Of a stretch of DNA of 64,000 bases, positions 1-14,541 are shown piece after piece (position 1 is the stretch's first letter; each line of letters starts with the position of its first letter). The stretch is from Octopus bimaculoides (taxonomy: Eukaryota): contig NC_068983.1 in assembly GCF_001194135.2 (NCBI RefSeq), positions 129,641,420 to 129,705,419 on the forward strand. Direction: 5' to 3'. Position numbers and translations under genes: made by a program. The notes under the pieces were generated by a model, which searched no databases, was not told where the DNA came from, and saw nothing but the letters and a program-made list of their open reading frames with translations.

Positions 1-152
1 TTTGTACATACCCCAAACGTTTTCTCGATGCCTTTTCATTGTTATTACCATTTTTTTTTTACTTTATTTTCGTCCCCATCGAAAAGAAAAACTCTACATT
101 TGTATTTTGCCCCCTCTATGTTGAGCCCTGTGTGGCTAATAAAGAAACATAT

Positions 153-330
153 ATATATCTATCTATCTATCTATTTATTTATCTATCTATCTATCTATCT
201 AGCTAGCTATCTATGTATATATCTCGATAGATAGGTAGCTAGCTAGCTAGCTCTGTATATATGTGCGTGTGCGTGTGTGTGTGTGCGTATGTGTGTGTGC
301 ATGTGTCCGTGTGTGTGTGTATGTACATCT
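153..330. repeat. Compound microsatellite (TATC)n/(GCTA)n/(GT)n
   Basis: Visible directly in the sequence. Confidence 0.95.
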
Positions 331-3300
331 ACTTCTATCTAGCTGTCACTGTTTTTCCTCTGGTTCTCAGCCGACAGAGGAGTAACGTAACTTCACAAGC
401 ACTGCTCTCTTTAATTTCTTCTATTCGATAATTTCAGAGAAATAGTTGAATTATTAATTTCTTACATTTCTGTTTATATTCCTCCACTGCTTTACCAAAG
501 AAATCAACTACTTTGAAGTAAAACAACAGATATCAATACGATCTTTAAAATTAGGTATGTTAAAAAGATGTATTTTAAACACTTAATGTGTTTTCTGTTT
601 CAATTTTGTTTAACTTTTTTTTGCCTGATGGAATTTTTTAAAATGTATACCTATATTTCAATGAGACAGGGTGTTAATTCTGCCGGGTATAAACAACATG
701 TCAAGCACTAGTAAAGATATATAATACATTATTTTATGAAGCATGGAATATAATGAAAGTTTTTTGAAAGTGTAATTCGTTGAAAAATCTTGATTTAAAA
801 AATAGTGACCTCGCTTTATATAATGTTATCTCACCACCTTACCAAAAATGTTTTGCTTAGGACTATTCAAACATATGCAAGGTAAGTGTAAACATATAAA
901 AAAGTGCAGAAAACTACTGGTGAATACGCAGTTTACTCTCACTGTATCGGATTTATTTAATGATAATAACAATAGCTTCTTATTTATGATTTATTTCAAA
1001 GAAAATATACGATCAAAGAATTTTGAAGAATTGATTGCTAACACTAAATTGCAAATCGCTATCGCGCTGCTAACATAAACTTATATAAATTCTTATCGTA
1101 CAAGCTTTGCAATATCTGGAAAAATACATTTACTATAGATATGAACTTATCTAAGCCGAAATTGCATTAAAAGTCGTAGTTTGTTTTTTTCGTTTTTTGT
1201 TATGTTTTTTTTTTTAAATAACAACATCAAAGAATGATATTATAAACAACTATGTAAAGTATTTTAGGCGTAAAAATAATAGAGTTTGCTTTTATTTATA
1301 CACATAATGACTGAAAACGTAAATAAATATCAAGAAATATATACTATTATAGATATACTAAGACTAAACTAAGACTAAGAGAATTGGACAAAGAATGTGT
1401 AGTAGCTGTTAGGGGATGAAAGAAAATAATATGTTTAATTTGCGATAAGTTTTTATTTTCACTTTCAAGTCTATAGAATTAGTTATTTCTAATATATCAT
1501 GCAGGCTGCAACTCTATTTTTATGCTATACCCATGACATGTTTCCAAAATTGAAATGTAATCGTGACTAAAGGGGATCATCAATATACGTTCAATTTTAA
1601 AAAGAAACGCGGATGGATTTCAAAATAGAGGCAAAATAGCCCTCAAAATCCGCTATGCTTGTATGGTAACTATGTCTGTTTTCTGAGATATAGTCTCAAG
1701 AGCTACCTGTGAATGAGAAATCACCATGTTGTCTCATTGGACTTATCCACTACATCAAGTTTTCTACGTAATCTAACATATATTTAATGTTGTGACTCAG
1801 AACTTAGAAATATATAACGATTATTTGCATTACAACTTACCAGTAGGAACATATACCTCACTGATCTACAACTCATTCTGATGTAAATAACGGCTTAAAA
1901 CCCAACAATAATTTTAAAATATGGAATCTCTGAAACGGATGTAATGATGATATCGATATTAATTATAGCCATTATAAAGTAATATATCCAAACCTTTAAT
2001 TGCAACTATAGTCTGGTTGAGAAAATAATAATTAAGACATATTAAAATCATTAAAAATATACTACTGTGATTAATAAAGGGAGATATTTATTTAACAACA
2101 GGCACCAGCATTACGGAGAAAAGTAGAGGAATATGCCTTTAATAATATTGTGTGACAATCATTTCGGATACTGAATATTTCGGAGACATGAACTTTTGTC
2201 GTTGTTTAACTTTACGTCAATGTATTCTAGTTCATAATGTTCACAGATAATCCAGTTTTAGTCACTATTCAAACGTACGTTTTATAGTCCAAACAATTTC
2301 AAATAATAATTTCCTTTAAAACAAGTGAGGCTTCCAGGTGAATTTATGTTTATAGTTTGGATGTCAAATGATATATTAAAGTGGAATCTTTTGACTAAAT
2401 TAAAGGAAGAATATACATAGAAATGTCAAGATATGTGTTTCAAGAAAGGAAATCTCAATCAAATATTGATTATGTATTTAGTGAGGCAGGATTGAAATAA
2501 CTATGTAAAAAGATTATCTTTCAAATTGTTAAAACGGAAAAATGTAGTTTCTATATTTATCTTTTTTCAAGTACATTTAGCCACAATTCGAAAATGTCCC
2601 GAAATTAGAACGTATACAGGTTGTTCGGTCGAATATGACAGTTTATATGAAAGGAAAATAAAACAAATTACCTATGAAAGGATGTTACTTTCATATTTGT
2701 GGAAATATTTCACGGATTCTGTTACTCTTCTAGATTGGTAGCTTTGACCTCTTTTTTAAATAACAGCAATGTGTGCTTCTACGAGAATTGTGAAAGATTT
2801 CTCGCTTTGGGTAAAATATGGTACATTATGGTTTCATCCAAGGTATTCTCCTTTCAGATTCCCACGCTTATTGCAGCTATCCATCAGGTTTTATAAGCCA
2901 TGATCAAGCCTTTCGCGAGACACTTAAAGCCAAGAACTTTTCAGCAGCCCTCGTAAGCGCGCTGATGGAAACTCTGCCATTATCGAGTCAGATATGGCGA
3001 TAAATATCTTTCTTTCCACCAGTGACACTAACCTTAAAATCAGCTCAAAATGTCTTTTCCCTCATCGACTAAATCATTACGGAACAATTAATCATAGATA
3101 TTTGGTATAACGATATCTTCAAATATAGAAGTTAGTGAATGTGTTTTCAAATATAGTATCACTAATCTGTCTTATGCAAATCAGTTAATTATATCCAGAG
3201 AACAAAATTATTTATAATGCAAGGCTTATGTTGAAGTACGAAGAATAATTTCAAATACATCAAAGTAGATTAAGTCACTACTAATCTTTAAATCACTATT

Positions 3301-3919
3301 AGTCTCACGAATACAATGCAACCTCAGTTTTGGTGTCCATAACATTCTTATTGAAAAATTTAACTCATTTATAGGACGAAATATATATCAAAAATGTGTG
3401 ATGTTTATTTGAATAAATATAACATGACTAAACACTCAGAAGCAACTGGATATTGGCAAACACAGACAAAACACAATGAATCACAGGAGACCGCCCTCTA
3501 ATACCTGCATTTCGCCAGCTATATTGTAGACTTCCAAACATCATCAGTCGCTTTAAACTATTGCTAATATATATTCCTGGTAGGAAATAACGAAGCAACA
3601 AATATATACTGCATTCGATAATTGTAAGTTTATCTCCATTTGTAACCAGGAGAAAGCAAATTAAATATCATCCACAGGAAATAAATTCCATGTCTCTCAA
3701 TTCTTCTATTGCCAAATATTCAATCACAAGGAACAAGATATGCATTTCACACAATGTATTGTCTCTGTCAGTTCTAAAATGGAGATTATATGTTGTTCCA
3801 TGAAGATATTAATGCATATAATACCTTACAACGATGACAGATTATGCTCCTCGCAAGGGTAGGCAAACGATTCACAGACACACACAACTTGTAACAACTA
3901 GCTTACATACATACACACG

Positions 3920-3959
<40 letters not shown>

Positions 3960-5095
3960 NNNNNNNNNNNNNNNNNNNNNNNNNNNNNNNNNNNNNNNNN
4001 NNNNNNNNNNNNNNNNNNNNNNNNNNNNNNNNNNNNNNNNNNNNNNNNNNNNNNNNNNNNNNNNNNNNNNNNNNNNNNNNNNNNNNNNNNNNNNNNNNNN
4101 NNNNNNNNNNNNNNNNNNNNNNNNNNNNNNNNNNNNNNNNNNNNNNNNNNNNNNNNNNNNNTATATATATATATATTTGTCTGTGCGTGTGCGCGCGCGC
4201 GTGTGTATCACTGTGTGTATTATGACTGTAATTTGATAGGATTCCTTTCTGCTTGCTGGAAAAGCCTGCTGTTCCACCTGCAGAATGTATTAAATATATG
4301 TAATTATACCACGTACAATTTTGTTACAATATGAAAATGCTTAATTATTTTGGATTAAGTCAGTATAGGATTTGATTTTAAACACGTTGAATTTTTAACA
4401 GAATATTTTTTTCCTACGCACAGTCTTTGATGTTTTTATTGTTGAATATTGTATCGATCGAAGGGGAGTCCATTAAGCAAAAGAGAAATTGCCTGCTGGA
4501 GGCGATTGACTATCTAATGTCTTCTTGAAATTTCATTAATTACATATTTCTGTACACTTAAATTTATGTTTCCATCATGAAAGAATAATTTTTACACAAT
4601 ATATGTTTTCAGTATAGTCCAAAAAGGCACAACTTCATACACACTTGGTGCTGTTAAATTAGGTTGAGCATTCTGTTCAATATACACATACCTCTGAAAT
4701 GCTCTGTAAATCAGGTAAAGAATATTCATTCAGTGCAACATCTAAGTTCTCATTTTCATGTGATAGGGATTCATTATCACCACAACCTGAAAAGAATGAT
4801 CTAGATTTCATCTTTTGTAATTGGAATAATACTTGATATGGTAGCTTCCTACTGCTGTTTTGTTAGCAGTGTCTGTTTTCAGCTTTTTTATTTTCAGTTT
4901 TCTTGCACTTCTGTATTAGTCTCTATGGGATCAGAACCATGTAAATATCTCTGGCAAAAACTAGATTTTATTCCAACATCGTATATTTCGGAATGTAGAA
5001 ATATATGTGTGTGCGTGCACGCACGTTCTGTGTGTGTGCATTTGCTCGTTTGTGTTTGTGTGTGTGTGTTTGTGTTTATGCGTTTTCGTGTGTAC

Positions 5096-5131
<36 letters not shown>

Positions 5132-6975
5132 NNNNNNNNNNNNNNNNNNNNNNNNNNNNNNNNNNNNNNNNNNNNNNNNNNNNNNNNNNNNNNNNNNNNN
5201 NNNNNNNNNNNNNNNNNNNNNNNNNNNNNNNNNNNNNNNNNNNNNNNNNNNNNNNNNNNNNNNNNNNNNNNNNNNNNNNNNNNNNNNNNNNNNNNNNNNN
5301 NNNNNNNNNNNNNNNNNNNNNNNNNNNNNNNNNNNNNNNNNNNNNNNNNNNNNNNNNNNNNNNNNNNNNNNNNNNNNNNNNNNNNNNNNNNNNNNNNNNN
5401 NNNNNNNNNNNNNNNNNNNNNNNNNNNNNNNNNNNNNNNNNNNNNNNNNNNNNNNNNNNNNNNNNNNNNNNNNNNNNNNNNNNNNNNNNNNNNNNNNNNN
5501 NNNNNNNNNNNNNNNNNNNNNNNNNNNNNNNNNNNNNNNNNNNNNNNNNNNNNNNNNNNNNNNNNNNNNNNNNNNNNNNNNNNNNNNNNNNNNNNNNNNN
5601 NNNNNNNNNNNNNNNNNNNNNNNNNNNNNNNNNNNNNNNNNNNNNNNNNNNNNNNNNNNNNNNNNNNNNNNNNNNNNNNNNNNNNNNNNNNNNNNNNNNN
5701 NNNNTATATGTGTATATACAACCTTCAACAAAGTAACTGTCATGTATACAACCTGAACTGACGCACATATCAGTACATAAACATACATTCACATGTACAT
5801 ACATATGCACACACACAGACACGTCTACACACTTACCCTATTACTCATATACATCCATAAGTACATACGTGCATACTCACATACATACATATATACGTAT
5901 ATACATACATGTGTATAGGCATGCACACATGCACACGCATGTACACATATGCATACGCGCACACATGTACACGCACATACATACATACATACATACATGC
6001 ATACATACACACATACATACACATGTACATATATATCACGAACTAACTATTACTTTCTTAGATGCAGCACAGAATTTTGTCAGTGAACAGGTCGCGGTCT
6101 CAATCCGACGAAAATATTTTGACAAATTAAGTTTAAATGTTGAAGTGAATCTAACGGATTTTGTGTGTTATTTTAAATGGCTTATAAACACCTTCCACGC
6201 TGCAATTATATATATATATATATATATGAGAAAAAAGAAGCAACTTCGCCAAACATCAATCAAAATGATGCAGTCGCTATTTGAAAATGAGTAAGTGAAG
6301 AATGAAACCCAATAAACTATTACTTCTGCTTGCCCTAACTAGATACATCAAGAATATTTTGAACTACTGATACAATTACTATATGTTTTGAAGGAGTTAT
6401 GATAACGTCCACGAGGGACACGGTAGTTTTCAGATTGTAAACATATATAGCACAACCACCCACCCACACACTCCTGCATATGCATAAACACACAGGCATA
6501 ACATTATATATAATAAGACATGATAATAATTACATTTTGCCTTTAACCAATTCAAACATCAGTGATAGTGTTCACTTACTGACAAGCCAGCGTTTGAAAA
6601 TAGCCTTTTGCGCAATGTAACATATGTCTTAACGTAACCTTTGAACGACAGCCAAAGTACATGACCTGTGTGTGACCTATACTCGCATGCAAATATTACC
6701 TCTCTCACCTGATGTTATAAACAATCGTGAATACTTCCGAACAATAATATATGAAAGCAATCGTACATTTCTCCTACCAAATATAATAGGTTTTGAAATT
6801 ACATAACATGTGTTACCGATAACAAACCCAAACTCACGTTTTTCATAACCACAAGATAATATTTTACACCTCTAAAGATATTGAAATTCTTCAGATTTCT
6901 CATCTTCCTACGAAAAGATCTACTTCTAACATCCTGCATGTCATTTATATATATTTGAGAGATGAAGAATTATGT

Positions 6976-7053
6976 ACATTATTTAAATTATTTACATTAG
7001 GCGGATATTTGTCCTCGTCTTGTTTGTTGTTAACACTAATTCAGTATACCCTG
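6976..7053 (-). mobile_element. Truncated copy of the terminal repeat seen at 16.45-16.79 kb (putative Penelope-like pLTR)
   Basis: The reverse complement reads gtgttaacaacaaacaagacgaggacaaatatccgcctaatgtaaataat. This matches 16737-16790 (gttaaaacaaacatgacgaggacaaatatccataaaacgtaaataatg). Confidence 0.7.
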
Positions 7054-7774
7054 AAAAATGAATCAATGATTATGATCAACCGGATGATGTTAAAGACATA
7101 TGGTTTGTGTAAACGCGCGTAGCGTTCCGTTATATGTTTTTGTTCAAGACGGAGTGAATGGTTAGGAATAATAATTTCAAAAATTACGATAGAGTGAAAT
7201 GGATATTCTAAAGTCACGGCAACATTTGAGGTGGCTAATTACGAATTATGGGATTGTTGATATGTTTTGGTCAGAATGTTTACGGGTGAAAAAGTTAGAC
7301 ACATTCAACCATTTAGCCTGCCGTGTTAGCGACATTAATTACAAAGTATTGTTGGCAAACAAAATTTATAGGAAGGGTGGGGAAGCCAAAATATGATTTT
7401 AATCTGAAAGCTTGTAATCCTAGTTATTTCATCGCGATAAAAAAGACAGAACCTTACACGCATTGAAAGATTGGGAGTTGGGGACAAAAGGTTGCTTATG
7501 CGTTTTATTTTAAGCTTGCCGAGTGGTATGAACACAGAAACATAGCGAAGTATCAATTTGGGCGGTTTTTCTTTGAAACAAAGTAACAATTGTAGCTGTT
7601 TGCAATGATTTGGACAAGTTTTCAATATGGGTATAAGCACATTACATTCTTTAATTGACCTTTGAGTTATATAACAATCAACGGACATGCAGTGCATGAC
7701 TAGTATGTCTCGGAATGTCTCGACTGATAAAAATATACATATATACATGACTATATGCTGACACCGCACCATAT

Positions 7775-7837
<63 letters not shown>

Positions 7838-7840
<3 letters not shown>

Positions 7841-8545
7841 AAACACCAGTTTGCAATGTTTCACCAGAAAAGAAATTTATAGTCGTCACTATATGTGACT
7901 AGGGTTTTAGGAAACACCTGCATTGCTAGAAATAAGACCTATACCGCTGTAATACTGTAGTTAACACAGATGAATGAAAACATATACACTAAAAGGGATC
8001 ATAATCGTCCGGGAAATGCTGACCAAGATTTCTTAATACTAATGACAGTTTCGGGTATTTCCGTTACCTCATCAGTTAAGACACCTCGATTGTTTGGCTC
8101 CTTCTGTACTCGCTTTAGCATCAGTATTTATATTTTCGTCATCCAATTCATTGAGTGTTTTAGGGATTTGCTAATGTTTATATATAAAATTAATATAAAC
8201 AACAGTTTGCAATGTTTCAAAAAGAAGGAGGATTATAACTGTCGCTAAATATGTATAGGGTTAGGAAACACTTACATTGCTGCAAAGAGTAACAGCGAAA
8301 CTGTGCTTATGTGGTAGTAATCGCACATAAATGAAAACGTATGAACTAGCAGGGAGCAAAATCTTCTGAAAAGTGTGTATATACATATTTGCGAATCACT
8401 AAGTCATCCAATATTTTGGATGACGAAAACATAAATCCTAATGGTGAAGCCTGTCTGGAAAGAAAGAAACAAACTGCTGGAAATGACGTCATTATTAATA
8501 ATTCTCGATCTACAATTTTCAAACAGTTAGGTTCCCTATTAGAGG
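7838..8545. repeat. Diverged local duplication: ~160-bp direct pair (7838-7997 / 8194-8355) plus ~140-bp inverted pair (~8000-8146 / 8416-8545)
   Basis: Both direct copies begin tataaaca(c/a)cagtttgcaatgtttca. The reverse complement of 8126-8146 matches 8416-8436 at 20/21 nt. Confidence 0.85.
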
Positions 8546-9474
8546 ATGTTCCCTCATTCATGTGCGTTAACTAGATCATTAGAGTTGTTTACGTCTTATT
8601 TCTAGCAATGTAGGTATCTCCTAACATCGCAGTCAAGTTTACTGAAAATTATTTATATNNNNNNNNNNNNNNNNNNNNNNNNNNNNNNNNNNNNNNNNNN
8701 NNNNNNNNNNNNNNNNNNNNNNNNNNNNNNNNNNNNNNNNNNNNNNNNNNNNNNNNNNGTTATAAAAATAAAACTACTGAACAATAATAATATTAATAAT
8801 AATAATAACAATAATAATAACAATAATAACAATAATAAATGAATAGTTTTATGACCTATTAACTAAACTTAATAATCGCAATAATAATTTTTATAATATT
8901 GTATGGTTTGTAGCGTGTATTCCAATTGCAACAATCGAAATGTTTTAGTTGTGAAATAATTATTTAAATTCTGATATACTATTTATAGCCATTTATCTAA
9001 AAAAATAATATTAATTATGTGTACACATGTGCTTTTTGTTTATGTTACTTTACTTTACTTACTTACTGAGTTCTCTTTTCCTTAATATACGGATATAGAG
9101 ACATATATTTGTTAGTCACAATGAATAATCCTTATTTATGTATCTTCGAATTTGGTTACTTCTGAAAAAATTTAAAATATTTTTGATATCGATTATTATA
9201 GCTTCACTCTATATCCATGGGATAATATAGGTTTCTCTTCGTAACTTTTACAGAATTCTCTATGCATCCCTTCATAATTTTCATGCAATTCTCCCTCCTA
9301 TAAGCAACGTAAATAAAGAACATTTTTGTGTCGTTACTTGCTCTAAACAATTGTTATATCAATATCTTTAAATAAAGCAGATTTGTTATATAATATTATA
9401 TGATATAATCTTATTTGTATTTATTTAGACATTTTATTACCATCTCTAGATTAAGTAACACCCTGATATTTAAT

Positions 9475-9530
<56 letters not shown>

Positions 9531-9996
9531 ATGCTATAACAAATGGCCAACGATTGTATTCGACCTAAACGAATTTTGATTAATTTTATATGACTTACAT
9601 ATAAATATATTTCCATAATTGCTGATTCAATTTAGTCATTTTGTGCGTAATTATTTTCGTGTATTATTTTAATCATAACTGTTAAGAAGTTGAAACTTTA
9701 AAGCACACGCTCCTAAACATATGTATTTGAATTAATTTTTGTGCAATCTAGCCGTCTTTCAGACGTAATTTTTCCCTCTTTTAAACCAGAGCTCTGAAGA
9801 GACTTATATAGATGGATGTCAATTGTTTGTCAATCGAATCATGAATATAAGTCGAAAGAAATTGTTGGCTTTTGGGGTTTTCTAGTGATTTTAAAAAAAT
9901 GCTATATTATATAATATTCATAGAATATTATGTTATATTATAATATGATTACTCATTATATTGTGAACTGAATCATTCAAAGTGTCAATTTAATTT

Positions 9997-10039
<43 letters not shown>

Positions 10040-10087
10040 TTTTTATATATACTTTTTATATGCATGTGTATAGACAGACGGATAAAG

Positions 10088-10335
10088 CGTACCTATGTGA
10101 GACTGGGCGATGTGTGGGTTTATGAGCGAAACATCTAAGTTCAAGACGGCTCCAGCAGAAGGTTATGACGAACCGCTGACTCTTTCGCCACTACTTCTCT
10201 CAGTCTTTCTTCCTGCATCTAGCGGCTTACCTGCGATTGACCAGTGCTCCCTCCAGGTGAGGAACCTATACGCCAATCAAACTAGGAAACCAGCCGTTAT
10301 GAACCAGGCATGGTAAGAGAAGGGACAAACAACAA
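10088..10335 (+). mobile_element. 5'-truncated SINE, same family as 19197-19500
   Basis: Colinear similarity to the 19.2-kb copy (tgagcgaaacatctaa, actctttcgcc, ctgcgattgaccagtgctccctccag, ggaaaccagcc). Confidence 0.75.
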
Positions 10336-10571
10336 GAATGAAAGAGATATAAAAGAACGAAAAGCATATGATGATAGAGTGATATAAATATATTAAGCAA
10401 TGGGCGATATCCATTCTGTTAATTCAATAAAAAATTCGTGGAATATTTGAAATTAAACTGCTAATTTTCGCAATCCGTATGATGCCTACCTATATAGTTT
10501 GTATTAGTTAGGCGTCTGTAGATATAATAATTTGACAGACCTCTCACAAATTCCCGATTGCTATTGCAACC

Positions 10572-10626
10572 TCAGCCAACATTTATCCTCCTATTCGAAT
10601 TTCAGCCAACATTTATCCTCCTATTC
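10572..10626. repeat. Short tandem duplication (25-bp unit, period 30)
   Basis: tcagccaacatttatcctcctattc occurs twice, separated by gaatt. Confidence 0.95.
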
Positions 10627-12048
10627 AGTATCATACAAGTGACATACTAAGTTTGATATATTGGTAAAACTCCCATATATCTTGATGCTTTACCCCTATG
10701 TTAGAAACAAGCATTAATATATAGAGATATCGAATTGACTAAATTGCTACAACGTCTTACTTAAAATTATGCCGATTTCAATTCCGTGTAGCACAACGTA
10801 AATATCAATAAGTTATATGGCAATAACTTACAAATCATTAGAAAGTATGCATGACAGGTATTTTTGACTAGCGAAATACTATGTAATCTCAAATTGTGCT
10901 TATTGCAACGGTTACAATTAATTTGATCTAGTTTTTGGATATTGGAATATATTTGAATTAATCTAGATATGTCTGAAAGGGTAATTTCGAATGAATACCA
11001 TACTTCAGAGTTGGGTAGTGCTTAATTTTCAAATTAAACGTTTTATATTACTTATTATGTCTTAAAGTGCACCATCGAATAAGTGACCTAGCAGAGTTTT
11101 GATGTTCTCCTTTACTGCAACTAACAATATACATGAATATAACATTATAAGATTAAATGCCTTTGGGATTCCACATACTATTAGCATTTAAATGTTCGCT
11201 TAGAATTAAGTGTGCAAGAGGTTTAGAATCTAAAAAGTACGAGAAGTGATGAATATAAACTAGGTAATCTGTCATAATGATTGGCTTTATTTTAACAGAG
11301 GAAAGGCGTTAATCTAATTGTTACGTTGAAACAAAATGAATCGAAAAGCTTCCCTGTAGGTATTAGGAGTCGCTTATGAAAGGGATAAATATATCCGAAA
11401 GTTATAAGGGATGTAAATTAGAAAACTTCACAACAAGTTTAAATAAATATTTCAACGCATGTCTCCCATATCCTATAATGTACAGCCTGTGTATAACTTA
11501 TACTTTTATAATTTATGTTGAAGTAAAATGAAAATGCGCAAACATGATTTGAAAAAGTGGACCAAAGGAAAGAGCGTGTATGGCTATAGGTTCAACAAAC
11601 TGAATAATTCTAGAATTTACAGCAAAAAATAAAAAGTTGCCGAGTCGTATCAAAAACTGTGACTGTTTTCTTTTTTGATATGAATGACTAGAAAAAGAAG
11701 TAGGGGGTATGTTTCAAAATATTTGAATGATTTAAGATAAAGCATATTTTATAAAAAATGCAATATATTCAATAGTGTAATCCATATGTTATTCATTATC
11801 TGAATATTTCTCGCTGCCTGTAGGCGCGAATTGCATGGAAGATATTTCACAATTTAAAGTAATGCCATGCGCGTGTGGTAAAAATTTAGTTGCCCGGGAA
11901 GAAAGTACTGCGCAGCTACATAGTCCTGGATTCAGTACAACTGTATGACACCTTGAAGGACTGTTTTGAACTATTAACTCTAGCCGATCGTAAGAGTATT
12001 TCGGAAACGGAAACATAACGAAAACAGGTGTATATATGTATATCAATG

Positions 12049-12080
<32 letters not shown>

Positions 12081-12169
12081 AATGTGTATACATATATGTA
12101 TGGGCATCTGTGTGTGCGCTTGTTTCTGTGTGAATATATATAATTATACGTGTCTTTGCATCACTGTTT

Positions 12170-12362
12170 TTACCTACTACCCTACGACAGCAGGTGCTGA
12201 TATGTTTACATCCCTTAACTTAGTGGTGTGGTGTGGTGGACCAATAAAATAAGTATCGGGGTTAAGAAACAGATATGTACTGGAGTTGATGCGTTCTACT
12301 CTAAGTCTTCGAGGCGGTGCCCATCATGGCCGCAGCCTGCTGACCGAAACAAATAAAACAAT
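12170..12362 (+). mobile_element. SINE 3' portion, same family as 23478-23675
   Basis: gaggcggtgcccatcatggccgcagcctgctgaccgaaacaaataaaa is the reverse-complement counterpart of ttttatttgtttcagtcatttgactgtggccatgctggaacactgcc at 23.5 kb. Confidence 0.75.
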
Positions 12363-12917
12363 GATAGACTATCATAATTTCCAACTTACATTCGAAATGT
12401 TAACTATGAAGCATAACAGTCATACACATATTATATACAGGTTTAAAACTATAAAGTCTTTTTGAAATAATGTTTACCCTAATATCTAAACTAAGACTAT
12501 TCCGATTCAACATTAGCTAAATAAAATAAAGGTAGATATAATTGCAGGTAACAATATTAAGAAAAAGTCCTAGACAATCATTAAACCTGCTAGAAAGAAT
12601 AGACTAATCTTAGTGAAATCAGCTCAAACTATAATCAAAAACAGCTATTACTGGAAAATGTCGAGCTATTTAGATAATATCTGTTACAAAGATGGGATAT
12701 TCACGACCGAAACTACTTTGATGATAAGAGTGTTCGAAAAGAATTGACGAAAATTAAACGAACCATGCATAAAGTAATATTATTTTTACATAACTGACAA
12801 TTGCAAATTTACGTTGATCTCATTGCTATTGCGAAACTCCTGAACAGACCTGCATCTTCCGACGAAATTTTCTATGAGATCAAGCGACTTTATTCACGCC
12901 GTTTTCGAAAGCACTTA

Positions 12918-12968
<51 letters not shown>

Positions 12969-13263
12969 NNNNNNNNNNNNNNNNNNNNNNNNNNNNNNNN
13001 NNNNNNNNNNNNNNNNNNNNNNNNNNNNNNNNNNNNNNNNNNNNNNNNNNNNNNNNNNNNNNNNNNNNNNNNNNNNNNNNNNNNNNNNNNNNNNNNNNNN
13101 NNNNNNNNNNNNNNNNNNNNNNNNNNNNNNNNNNNNNNNNNNNNNNNNNNNNNNNNNNNNNNNNNNNNNNNNNNNNNNNNNNNNNNNNNNNNNNNNNNNN
13201 NNNNNNNNNNNNNNNNNNNNNNNNNNNNNNNNNNNNNNNNNNNNNNNNNNNNNNNNNNNNNNN

Positions 13264-13298
<35 letters not shown>

Positions 13299-14541
13299 CA
13301 TAAACAATGCTACCCTGCATGAAATGTCCATACTATGTTCGAAAGCAGCAAACTTAATGATGATTATTTAGCACTGTCTCTCTAGACAAGAAATCTGTAA
13401 ATTGTTTTCATACTTGATTTGACATTTTAACGGATCCACTAGCCTTCACGAACTCTAGGGAATTAGATACCTGCCACATCGTCTTCTTTGTGTTTCACAC
13501 TATGAGTCCAATATCCGTTGCATATCCATTGCCAAAAGCATATGATTCATAACTAAAAAATAACAAGTAGGTTTTGAGAAGAAAATGTGTAATTTTGGAG
13601 TTACTCATAATGATAGGAACACAATACTCTGAGCAATAACTTCAAACTATCACAATACGTCAATCAAGTATTTTAATGCGGCAAACAGCTTGAAGTAGAC
13701 ACGTTAAGCGTTTAATATGTCGAAACTTACCTGATTGCAAAATGCAAGAATAGCTACGCCCATAAATTGTCTTGATATTCCCAAACTTACACGATTTCCT
13801 ATTTATATTCTATGAAGCACATGATACTAGTGAAGACCTATCACTGTATCGAACTACTGATAGATCGGTTAGCAGTCTCTGCTCTCTGGAACGAATATGT
13901 TATTCAAATTCGGAATTGATTGAAAACATTGGTACCAGTAATCAGATGCAATGACATGAAATGCTCGCAATCTCCCGCGACAAAACATCATCGAAACGTT
14001 GTTGGAGTATGTAATGGCATCAAGTGTTTAATCTCATACAGAAAAAATCCAACATTCAACTTGAAGAAGGAGAATGTTTATATCTGCACCGCACAACTTT
14101 ATCACTACATTTCAGAAACACGAATTATGGGATATATTCTCCATTACATGGATGCAATCACGAATTCCAAAATTTTAGAAAGCAAACAATATTTCTCTCA
14201 CTGTTTAGATGACCCTGATCTAGGCTGCACTGAAAATATTGTTTAAACAATATCGGTATATGCATCAATGGTATCACAATCCCTCATCTGCATATATATA
14301 GTTAGGATCAATGTAATATATCTCGAAAGGGGCTTTGTAGGAAAAGCTGGTGCAGCACGCACGCTGTACTATTAGAAACCTAGGTAAATCTATGGGTCAA
14401 TCTTAAGCATTTAAATTTCCTCTGACCGAGGGATATACAGTAACTCTACCGGATAGTGATGTCTATATGCCAACGTAATTTGGTAGTCCTTTAAAGGACG
14501 ATGTTACTGTTGTTTTAGCTTCAAAGAAGCATATTTTCCAG

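Noticed and set aside
11824-11947. Plus-strand frame ACGKNLVAREESTAQLHSPGF, reminiscent of a CUB-domain start, after a plausible acceptor
   Set aside because: It hits a stop five codons later with no good donor, and no further CUB exons were found.
13470-13900. Strong minus-strand splice signals (CAG|GTAAGT at ~13730; ttattttttag acceptor at ~13553)
   Set aside because: The putative 13.5-kb exon has stops in all three frames. The 13.73-kb donor has only a short, unrecognisable upstream frame.
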